A DNA stretch of 32,000 nt, from assembly GCF_900232105.1 (NCBI RefSeq), contig NZ_LT934425.1, forward strand, positions 1,950,001 through 1,982,000, given 5' to 3'. Of this stretch, positions 17,707-25,942 are shown piece after piece; the first letter of the stretch is position 1, and each line of letters begins with the position of its first letter. The position numbers and the translations under genes are program-made. The notes below the pieces were generated by a model. That model had not been told where the DNA came from and searched no databases. It worked only from the letters and a program-made list of their open reading frames with translations. Source of the stretch: Candidatus Kuenenia stuttgartensis. Its GTDB lineage: Bacteria; Planctomycetota; Brocadiia; Brocadiales; Brocadiaceae.

Positions 17707-20250
17707 ATGAATACCACAAAATGGTTTGCAAAAGACTTTATTATACAGAACACACTGTCCGCAATAAAAGACGCTATTTCCAATGCAGGGGGTAATGAGG
17801 TCTTTTTAATCGGGAAGCCTGATGAGAATTATATGATAGCCGATATAGAAGTGTATGCTATGGGAAATAAAAATGCTGTGCCTGCCATTCTTCGTGAGGT
17901 AAAGCATGGAGAGGTTATTATCCACAATCACCCTAACGGAAACCTTACCCCTTCTGAAGAGGATATTGAAGTTGCTTCCGAAATGGGTTCCCTCGGCGCA
18001 GGATTTTACATTATCAATAATGAGGTAGAATACTTATACCCTGTGGTGAAAATTGCGAAAGAACATCCTTATGAAAAACTGGATTGTGTGATGTTGTCGA
18101 ATTTATTACGCCCGGGCGGAATATTGTCTGTTACTATCCCTGGCTACGAATACAGGGAATCGCAGGTAGATATGCTTACATCGGTATCAGATGCCTTCAA
18201 TAATGACACAGTTGCAACAATTGAAGCAGGCACCGGAACGGGAAAATCACTGGCATACCTCCTTCCTGCAATATTCTGGACCGTGAAAAATAAGGAAAGA
18301 GTGGTTATATCCACAAATACAATAAACCTGCAGGAACAGTTGATGTACAAGGATATCCCTACACTAAAGATAGAAAATATTCCCAACTTTAAAAGCGTCC
18401 TTGTTAAGGGAAGAAATAATTATATTTGTTTAAGGAAAGCACAGAACTTGCAGTTTGAAGGCGATATGCTTATTGAGGAAAGGGAAAAAAAACAATTAAT
18501 ACATATACTGTCATGGGCGGAAAAAACAAGGGATGGAAGCAAAGCAGACCTGAACCTTCTTGTTAATGATAATGTCTGGGAAATGGTTCAGTCTGAAGCA
18601 GACCAATGTACACGGTTAAAGTGTAATTTTTATAATAAATGTTTTTTTTATTCTGCAAGGCGGAATGCGTCAAGCGCAGATATCCTTGTGATAAATCACC
18701 ATCTTTTGATGGCTGATTTGGTCTTAAGGAAAGAAACCAGAGGTTATGATTCAACTGCGATACTGCCACCATTTAAGAGGATTATAATAGATGAAGCGCA
18801 TAATCTGGAGTCGGTCGCAACATCTAATATAGGCTTGTCTTTCTCCAGAATGCGGATTTTAAAACCTTTGGGTAAGCTTGTTAATCAAAAGGATAACAAA
18901 AAGGGGCTTTTGCCATTTCTTAAAAATAAAATTAAAGATGTTGATTTTCAATGTAACAAGGATATTACGGTAGATATTACAGAAGGAATTTATCCTCAAT
19001 TACTCGACATGCGGATAGAAATTTACGCATGTGTTACCAATACTTTTTCTGATATTTTTGAGTCTGTAAACAGCTATATTAATAATAAATTTTTAGAAAA
19101 CGGAACAGAACTCAAACTAAGAATAACTGACGAACTGCTCTCTACACCGTTGTGGTCAGATAGTATTGAAAAAAAAATACGGCATCTTTGCACGGAAATA
19201 CATAACTTCGTAATTTTATTAAATAAGTTAATTGCTGCCATTGAAAGACTTGATAAAGAGTCCCGGGATATATTGTCGTCTCTGTTCATAGACATAACAT
19301 CATGTAAAACTCGTCTTAATACTGCAAAAAATGATCTCTTTTCTTTTATACGTTCTGAAGAAAATCTATGCAGATGGATTGAATTAAGAAGTTACAACGA
19401 TAATTTCTTTATAAAATTCTGCAATGCACCAATAGATATTTCAAATGCCTTAAAGGCATACCTGTTTGATAATTACCGGACAATTATATTAACCTCTGCA
19501 ACATTAACCATAGATAACACATTCACTTTTTACCAAAAAAATACGGGACTTCATTTACTTCCGGAAAAAAGGATTACGGAACTGATTCTTAGCTCTCCCT
19601 TTGATTATAAATCTCAATCTATGATATGTATACCAACAGACATCTCTGACCCTGATGACTCATATTATAAAAAAGATTTAGTAGAAAATTTAAGCAAACT
19701 GATCGCCATCACTGATGGACGTTCACTTGTATTATTTACATCATACCGGCTCCTTAATGATATATTTGATATGCTGAAACCGTATTTTACCGGGCAAGGC
19801 TATACCTGTTTAAAGCAGGGAGAAGACAACAGACACAACTTACTGGAAACATTTAAAAATGACAAAACATCAATATTATTCGCCACCGATAGTTTTTGGG
19901 AAGGCATTGATGTAAAAGGGGATGCGCTGGAGTGTGTTATTATTACCCGTCTGCCTTTTAAAGTACCAAATGAACCAATTATTGAAGCAAGGACAGAGGC
20001 TATTGAGATGAAAGGGGGCAACTCATTTTATGATTATTCCCTGCCAGTTGCTGTGTTAAAATTAAAACAAGGATTTGGAAGACTGATAAGAAGCAAGGAA
20101 GACAGAGGCGTGGTATTTATATTTGATAGACGTATCGCTACAAAAAGTTATGGTAAAGTATTTATTAAATCACTCCCGAAGGCAAAATGCATAAAGAAAA
20201 ACACGGAACACGTGTTTAAAGAGTTGGAGAATTTTTTTAAGAGGAGGTAA
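17707..20250 (+). CDS. DinG/XPD-family superfamily 2 helicase with N-terminal JAMM/JAB (RadC-like) domain
   Basis: 847 aa. Residues ~10-120 carry E31-V-F-L-I-G ... H73-N-H75-P-N-G-N-L-T-P-S83-E-E-D86 (JAMM HxHx7Sx2D). Then motif I IEAGTGTGKSLAYLLP, Fe-S-type cysteines (EADQCTRLKCNFYNKCFFYSAR), DEAH box IIDEAHNLES and C-terminal GRLIRSKEDRG. Confidence 0.88.
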   Translation: MNTTKWFAKDFIIQNTLSAIKDAISNAGGNEVFLIGKPDENYMIADIEVYAMGNKNAVPAILREVKHGEVIIHNHPNGNLTPSEEDIEVASEMGSLGAGFYIINNEVEYLYPVVKIAKEHPYEKLDCVMLSNLLRPGGILSVTIPGYEYRESQVDMLTSVSDAFNNDTVATIEAGTGTGKSLAYLLPAIFWTVKNKERVVISTNTINLQEQLMYKDIPTLKIENIPNFKSVLVKGRNNYICLRKAQNLQFEGDMLIEEREKKQLIHILSWAEKTRDGSKADLNLLVNDNVWEMVQSEADQCTRLKCNFYNKCFFYSARRNASSADILVINHHLLMADLVLRKETRGYDSTAILPPFKRIIIDEAHNLESVATSNIGLSFSRMRILKPLGKLVNQKDNKKGLLPFLKNKIKDVDFQCNKDITVDITEGIYPQLLDMRIEIYACVTNTFSDIFESVNSYINNKFLENGTELKLRITDELLSTPLWSDSIEKKIRHLCTEIHNFVILLNKLIAAIERLDKESRDILSSLFIDITSCKTRLNTAKNDLFSFIRSEENLCRWIELRSYNDNFFIKFCNAPIDISNALKAYLFDNYRTIILTSATLTIDNTFTFYQKNTGLHLLPEKRITELILSSPFDYKSQSMICIPTDISDPDDSYYKKDLVENLSKLIAITDGRSLVLFTSYRLLNDIFDMLKPYFTGQGYTCLKQGEDNRHNLLETFKNDKTSILFATDSFWEGIDVKGDALECVIITRLPFKVPNEPIIEARTEAIEMKGGNSFYDYSLPVAVLKLKQGFGRLIRSKEDRGVVFIFDRRIATKSYGKVFIKSLPKAKCIKKNTEHVFKELENFFKRR

Positions 20251-20255
20251 ATATT

Positions 20256-21149
20256 ATGAAAATCTTTTTGACGGGCAGCACTGGTTTTGTCGGAAAACAG
20301 TTATTAAACAAACTCATTGAAAATAAATATAAAGTAAAATGCCTGGTAAGAAAAGGCTCTGAACATAAATTGGGACAATATATCAACCAGATAGAAGTTG
20401 TAAACGGAGATATTACAGATCCGCCTTGTCTTAAAAACGCTATAGCTGATTGTGAAGCAGTAATTAATATTGTTGGTATTATCAGGGAAATACCGGGAAA
20501 AGGGGTTACTTTTGAAAAACTTCACTATGAAGGTACGCACAACCTCATAAGAGAAGCGAAAAAACAAGGTGTTGACAGATTTATACAAATGAGCGCTTTA
20601 GGGGCAAAGCAGGAAGGAAAGACGCTGTATCAACAAACAAAATTCCTGGCGGAAGAGTGTATAAGGAAAAGCGGGCTTAATTATACTATTTTCCGTCCAT
20701 CTATCATATTTGGTAAGGAAGATAAGTTCGTTAACACATTTGCAGGTATGCTAAAAATTCAGCAGTTTATCCCCGTAATCGGAGATGGTAAATATAAACT
20801 GCAACCGGTAGCCGTTGAAAATGTCGTTGCCGCGTTTGTTGACTCGATAGAAAGAAGAGACACGTTTGGAAAATCGTATGAAGTAGGAGGACCAGAAAAA
20901 ATTGAATTTAATGACATTATTAATATTATCGGAAAGGTACTTTGTTTACCTCCCTATAAAATTCATATTCCAGTCTGGATTATGAACACTTTGGCTGAAA
21001 TGTTTGATTGGATACCTGCCTTTCCCGTAACAAAAGATCAAATAACAATGTTGCTGGAAGGAAATACCTGCGATGAAAAACCCTTTTTAGACCATTTTAA
21101 AATAAACCCTATATATTTTAAGGAAGGTATTTCAAGATACCTTTTCTGA
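20256..21149 (+). CDS. NAD(P)-binding atypical SDR, complex I NDUFA9-like family
   Basis: 297 aa: MKIFLTGSTGFVGKQLLNKLIENKYKVKCLVRKGSE, INIVGIIRE, IQMSALGAK, YTIFRPSIIFG. Confidence 0.85.
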   Translation: MKIFLTGSTGFVGKQLLNKLIENKYKVKCLVRKGSEHKLGQYINQIEVVNGDITDPPCLKNAIADCEAVINIVGIIREIPGKGVTFEKLHYEGTHNLIREAKKQGVDRFIQMSALGAKQEGKTLYQQTKFLAEECIRKSGLNYTIFRPSIIFGKEDKFVNTFAGMLKIQQFIPVIGDGKYKLQPVAVENVVAAFVDSIERRDTFGKSYEVGGPEKIEFNDIINIIGKVLCLPPYKIHIPVWIMNTLAEMFDWIPAFPVTKDQITMLLEGNTCDEKPFLDHFKINPIYFKEGISRYLF

Positions 21150-21279
21150 ACTGGCATAGCCAAGCCATAACCAAACAAGAAATGCGAAAGGGGAACTACA
21201 TATTGCACAGATTTAAAAAAAGGCACTAATTAAAATGAGATTTAAAAAAAATAAAGTGTTATCAAAAACTCTAATTTAT

Positions 21280-21321
21280 GGTGTAAATTTATTGTTTATT
21301 AATATGTAGATAATTTACACC
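21280..21321. repeat. Perfect 10-bp inverted repeat GGTGTAAATT-(22 nt)-AATTTACACC in AT-rich non-coding DNA
   Basis: Direct sequence reading. Confidence 0.5.
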
Positions 21322-21971
21322 CAAACGATATCTTTTTATTTTTAAGTTTAATATATAATTTTTATATGTAGGTAAAACACAGGTATTTTACAATAAAAAA
21401 AAGGATATAAGTCTTTATTTTATAAATGTTTATTGAAAAATAACACATATTTTAACAATCAACATAATAAGATTACGGTTTATTTTAAATAGATAATTAT
21501 ATAATAAATACCATAAGAATAATTGTTTTTAAAAAGATGGGGACAGAACCTTAGACGGGTAAAAAGAGGTTTAAAATATAGATTTTAACGTTAAAATTCC
21601 AAAGAGTGATAATTAACCCTGTCATGGTTGTTTCAACATCGCATGGAGGTTTGAGATGGAGTGTTTTTATATTGGTTTAAATATTTCAATTTTGCCTATT
21701 TAAAGCAAATGATCTCTTATAAGTAGCAGGTATTGCATCACTACAAGCGCGATACCCTGCATCTCCAGAGTCTTTTTTCTATCCCGTGAATTTTTCAAAA
21801 AGCTAAAATGTTACCAATCATTGGATTTCACCGACACCGTTCATTTTAACCCACCTGAATGAAGAATCACATAAAAAGATAACGTTGAATAAATAGCTAA
21901 TTACAAATATAATAAATTCCGTCTTAAATTTATCTGGAGTTTTACTCTTTTAAAAGAGAAGGGGTGTTTGT

Positions 21972-22931
21972 GTGAATTTTCTTCGTTTTTTCAAATCAAC
22001 CGCAACGTATTATTTGCCGGCAATACTTTTAGCCGGTGCTTTTCAATATTCTTTAGTTTATGCATCCTCCGTAAAAGACCAAATGCCTTACCGGAGTAAC
22101 ATGGCCCACGAACAATATTTACAAGGTGTAGAATATGCAAAATACGGACTACATAATGAAGCAATTGAATTATTCAGGAAATCACTCGCGACAGACCCGG
22201 ATAATATTGATACCTGTATTAGTCTTGGCGAAGTGTATGCAGATAAAAGAATGGATAGTGAGGCAATAGAGCTATTTCAAAAAGTCCTGAAAATAAACCC
22301 CAATCAACCACAAGCATATTTTAAAATTGGTACCGTATATTTTGATATGGAAGAATATGAACCTGCCATTGAATATCTTAAGAAAACGATTGAAATGAAT
22401 CCTGATTATAAGGTTGCATATTCTTTGTTGGGTATTTCATACGCGAAAAGCGGCAAATATGACGAAGCAGTTAAGGTGCTTAAAAAACGCATTGAACTGG
22501 ACCCCAATCTGGCGATAACCTATTCTAATCTGGGACTGGTCTATACAATGAAAGGATCAAATAAGGAAGCATTGGTGGAATATAATAAGGCTTTGGGAAT
22601 TAATCCTTATCATGAAGAAACATTATTTAATATTGCCTTTCTGTATGAAAACATGGGGCAGATTGATGAAGCGCTCGCATATTATAACAAAACCGTTGAA
22701 TGCAACTCCGGTAATGCAAAGGCACAATACAATTTAGGGTTAAATTATCTAAAGAAAAAACAATATGACGAGGCAATTAATGCCTTTGAAATTTCACTTA
22801 TGGCAAATCCGGACAATATCGAAGCATATAATAATTTAGGCAATGTTTATGCGGCAAAAGGGATGGAAGAAAAAGCAAAAAATTATTTTTCTTTGTACAA
22901 TAAACAATTAAAGCTGCAACAAAAGAAATAA
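21972..22931 (+). CDS. Exported TPR-repeat protein
   Basis: 319 aa: N-terminal hydrophobic signal-like segment, then about seven consecutive TPR-like units (e.g. NLGLVYTMKGSNKEALVEYNKALGINP). Confidence 0.9.
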   Translation: MNFLRFFKSTATYYLPAILLAGAFQYSLVYASSVKDQMPYRSNMAHEQYLQGVEYAKYGLHNEAIELFRKSLATDPDNIDTCISLGEVYADKRMDSEAIELFQKVLKINPNQPQAYFKIGTVYFDMEEYEPAIEYLKKTIEMNPDYKVAYSLLGISYAKSGKYDEAVKVLKKRIELDPNLAITYSNLGLVYTMKGSNKEALVEYNKALGINPYHEETLFNIAFLYENMGQIDEALAYYNKTVECNSGNAKAQYNLGLNYLKKKQYDEAINAFEISLMANPDNIEAYNNLGNVYAAKGMEEKAKNYFSLYNKQLKLQQKK

Positions 22932-23220
22932 TTAAAGAAGGTATCGTTCCTAATAGATGTAGTGACGAAGCATTGACCGTTCGGGTATGAATTTATTTGT
23001 AACATTGCAACAAGTATTATTTTCATATAACATCCTTTTTTGTGCTTAGGGTGGAGCGGATAAACCCTGTTTTCCAGTGAGATTGCCCGGGCTTATCAAT
23101 AGCATAGACAATCAGGCTTTGCCCTTGCGTCCATTGCAATAAATGTACAAATTCTTATTATTCATCTTTCGAAGACCTTATTTATCGGACAACAAGATAT
23201 CCTGAGAAAGGAATTTTTTT

Positions 23221-24366
23221 ATGAAGAAAAACTATCTGTTTACCCCAGGACCTACAATGGTACCGCCTGAGGTTTCGCTCGCTGAAGCGCAACCAATGAT
23301 ACACCACAGAACACCACAATTTTCCCAAATATTTTACGAATTGAGCGAGGATTTAAAGTATCTGTTTCAAACAAAAACAGGAGAGGTTTATACGTTAATG
23401 TCCTCCGGCACCGGCGCAATGGAGGCGTGCGTTGCCAACGTCCTGTCGAAAGGTGATAAAGCACTGGTAATTACCTCTGGCAAATTCGGAGAACGTTGGG
23501 TGGAGCTATGCAAGTGTTTCGGCATTGAAACAGAGGTCGTTAGTGTGGAGTATGGAAAAGGGGTAGAACCTTCCAGGGTGGAAGAAATTCTTAAGAAAAA
23601 CAGTGAAATAAAGGTAGTTTTTGCAACACAAAGCGAAACATCGACAGGTGCGCTGCACGATATAAAGGCCATTTCACAGATTGTGAAAAAATACAGTGCA
23701 CTGATAGTAGTGGACGCTATTACCGGCATCGGTGTTCATAAATTTCTTATGGACGAATGGAATGTTGATGTAGCGGTAACCGGTTCGCAGAAGGGGTGCA
23801 TGTTGCCGCCTGGGCTGGCATTTGTTTGCGTAAACAGCGGGGCATGGGAGGCTGTTGAAAAAGGGGATTTACCCAGATATTACTGGGATTTTAGGAAGAT
23901 GCGCAAAAATCTTAAAAACAAAACAACGCCATTTACCCCTGCAGTATCACTCGTTATGGCAATGAAGACTGCAATGGAGATGATTAAAAAAGAAGGCATT
24001 GAGAATGTGTGGGCAAGGCATGAACGTCTCGCAAATGCCACCAGGGAAGGTGTGAAGGCATTAGGATTGGAACTCTTTGCCGGGAATAGTTCAAGCAATG
24101 TTTTGACTGCCATAAAGGCGCCGGAAGGCGTCGATGTTGATAAAATTATTAAAAAATTAAGGGATGAAACAGGCGTTACTTTTACCGGAGGGCAGGACTC
24201 CTTAAAGGGAAAGATGATACGCATAGGCCACATGGGCTATGTTAACGATTTTGATATTATTCTGGCGATTTCTGCACTTGAGAAAGGCCTCCATGAAGCC
24301 GGCTATCCGGTTGAGTTAGGGAAAGGAATAACCAGAGTACAGTCATTATTGGTAAAGGGGAGATAA
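23221..24366 (+). CDS. Class V PLP-dependent aminotransferase (alanine/serine--glyoxylate aminotransferase family)
   Basis: 381 aa: NYLFTPGPTMVPPEVSLAEAQPMIHHRTPQF, MSSGTGAMEA, PLP-lysine region AVTGSQKGCMLPPGLAF. Confidence 0.88.
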   Translation: MKKNYLFTPGPTMVPPEVSLAEAQPMIHHRTPQFSQIFYELSEDLKYLFQTKTGEVYTLMSSGTGAMEACVANVLSKGDKALVITSGKFGERWVELCKCFGIETEVVSVEYGKGVEPSRVEEILKKNSEIKVVFATQSETSTGALHDIKAISQIVKKYSALIVVDAITGIGVHKFLMDEWNVDVAVTGSQKGCMLPPGLAFVCVNSGAWEAVEKGDLPRYYWDFRKMRKNLKNKTTPFTPAVSLVMAMKTAMEMIKKEGIENVWARHERLANATREGVKALGLELFAGNSSSNVLTAIKAPEGVDVDKIIKKLRDETGVTFTGGQDSLKGKMIRIGHMGYVNDFDIILAISALEKGLHEAGYPVELGKGITRVQSLLVKGR

Positions 24367-24438
24367 ATAATAATAACTATATAATGTGTACCGCCGGCTA
24401 CATACACATAAAAAGGAATAATAAATGCCAAAGGAGTT

Positions 24439-24467
24439 GTAGAGACAGGTTTAAAACCTGTCTCTAC
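24439..24467. repeat. Perfect 29-nt palindrome GTAGAGACAGGTTT-A-AAACCTGTCTCTAC
   Basis: 14-bp arms around a single central base, 72 bp downstream of the aminotransferase stop. Possible terminator or small repeat. Confidence 0.75.
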
Positions 24468-24501
24468 GGTTGTATATGAATGCAGTTATAACAATTTGCA
24501 G

Positions 24502-24518
24502 CAAATGCTTCGCCCCTA
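24502..24518. repeat. Family B element, half copy (CAAATGCTTCGCCCCTA)
   Basis: Identical to the inner arm of the family B copy at 25834-25850. Confidence 0.6.
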
Positions 24519-24575
24519 CTTTACTTTAAATCGGGAACGCGCCCATTTCAGTTATATAATCGAAATTCATCTCCA

Positions 24576-24830
24576 TTACCGCACCTGTTTCCAGCAGTAA
24601 TGAACCGGATACATATCATTTATCAACGCAAGCGCCTCAACAATTGCGCCGGCTATACCCCAAAGCCCGAGCAGATATGCCACTACTTCCGCACGTGTTC
24701 AGTCCAATATTTTCTGCTCCGCTTCAGGAATCGGAATATTCCTGTCTTTCGCCAAAATCAACGCCTCTTTGTATTGCAACGGGAGATGGGCAATCCGCGC
24801 CAGTGTTCCCAGATCATAAAGCAGCTCTGC
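24576..24830 (-). pseudogene. HDOD-domain fragment with in-frame stop
   Basis: ASVAELLYDLGTLARIAHLPLQYKEALILAKDRNIPIPEAEQKILD-stop(TGA, 24699-24701)-TRAEVVAYLLGLWGIAGAIVEALALIND, the HDOD signature (...EaE...lg.tHaeVGAYLLGLWGLP..IVEAla). Confidence 0.65.
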
Positions 24831-25275
24831 CACAGAGGTCTGGTCTATGATGTTTATGTAAGGAAGGACTATTTGGCAAGGATAACGAATAAAATCCCGT
24901 TTAATCTTTTCAAATCCAGAGACTTCTCCTCGATTGAAAGGCTCGGTATCACTCTTCCACGCTGACTTGTCCGGCAAGCCCTTATGATGCCCGTCAATTG
25001 CAATTGATGCCTCAATGATTCTACAAAGTAGTGCATAACCCGGCACCCCATGAAACATGAGGCACACTGCCGCGTTTCCCGCCGTTTGTGAGATAGTCCT
25101 GAAATGCCTGTTGATACTTGCCAAGGTCATGCAACAACGCTGCTATCTTGAAAATTTGTTTGTAGTTTTTGTGACATGCAAAGTATTCCGCAAACATTGC
25201 CGTTTGATGCAGATGTTTTGATAAGCTGTGTTTCTCTTTATTACTATTTTCTGAAGGTGCAAAATACTCAGGCAT
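24830..25275 (-). pseudogene. Cas3''-like HD nuclease domain remnant, frameshifted
   Basis: Frame 1: KHLHQTAMFAEYFACHKNYKQIFKIAALLHDLGKYQQAFQDYLTNGGKRGSVPHVSWGAG. After a shift near 25045: GYALLCRIIEASIAIDGHHKGLPDKSAWK. HD, KyqqaFQ.YL, G..gsVpH and gHHkGLPD match CRISPR-associated HD (Cas3'') domains. Confidence 0.68.
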
Positions 25276-25334
25276 TATATTCCTTCAATACACAAACCTA
25301 CCCAATAAGCCAAATCCCCGGCGCCAAATTCATG

Positions 25335-25359
25335 TAGTGCGACGAAGTTCGTCGCACTA
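25335..25359. repeat. Perfect 25-nt palindrome TAGTGCGACGAA-G-TTCGTCGCACTA
   Basis: 12-bp arms, immediately upstream of the Cas3'' remnant start on the minus strand. Confidence 0.7.
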
Positions 25360-25723
25360 AAAAGGACAATTTCAAGTTTCAAAAAACCAGATTTCCGCTA
25401 AAGAGCATTGTGGAGTCCGAAACAAATTCTAATGACAAAATATTATGATATGCTAAACAAACGCATCTTTCATCTTTTGTACCAGCCTGGTTCCGGCTTT
25501 TCCATGTTGGGAATTTAAGAGAAGGCATTGCCATTGCAGAGGGAAAATGATATGATTCCTTGGTCAAAAATCACAGAACGGCTGCCCTTAATAACCCCGA
25601 AACATTATTTTAGAGTAAAGACGCACGGCTGTACATCTTTGCATTCGTATTAAAACACACCCCTTATATCCCCTCTTTTTAGAGGGAACCTGGGGTATTT
25701 TATACATTACGGGTTCACAAATT

Positions 25724-25876
25724 GGCAACACTTTAGTTTTTTGAAAAATTCCAACAACAGCGATGTTTGCCGCATAGTATAGGGGCGAAGCATTTGTTGT
25801 AAATTATCATAAATGCATTCATACACAAACAAGCAAATGCTTCGCCCCTACGGTTTCAAAAAACTAAAGTGTTACC
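25724..25876. mobile_element. MITE-like element family B, copy 1
   Basis: 23-bp terminal inverted repeats GGCAACACTTTAGTTTTTTGAAA / TTTCAAAAAACTAAAGTGTTACC (22/23) with inner 17-bp perfect inverted repeats TAGGGGCGAAGCATTTG (25780-25796) and CAAATGCTTCGCCCCTA (25834-25850). Confidence 0.78.
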
Positions 25877-25942
25877 ATTTTTTTGATTCGTTCGGGTTAG
25901 AAAGTTACCGGATACCTAAATTTGTCCTGAAAGGCCACAAAA

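Noticed and set aside
24600-24965. Plus-strand 121-aa ORF (and 24644-24850)
   Set aside because: Antisense to recognisable HDOD/Cas3''-like sequence. No independent coding evidence.
24366-25920. Possible CRISPR array near the Cas3''-like remnant
   Set aside because: No regularly spaced direct repeats with unique spacers. The only repeats are palindromes and family B inverted-repeat units.
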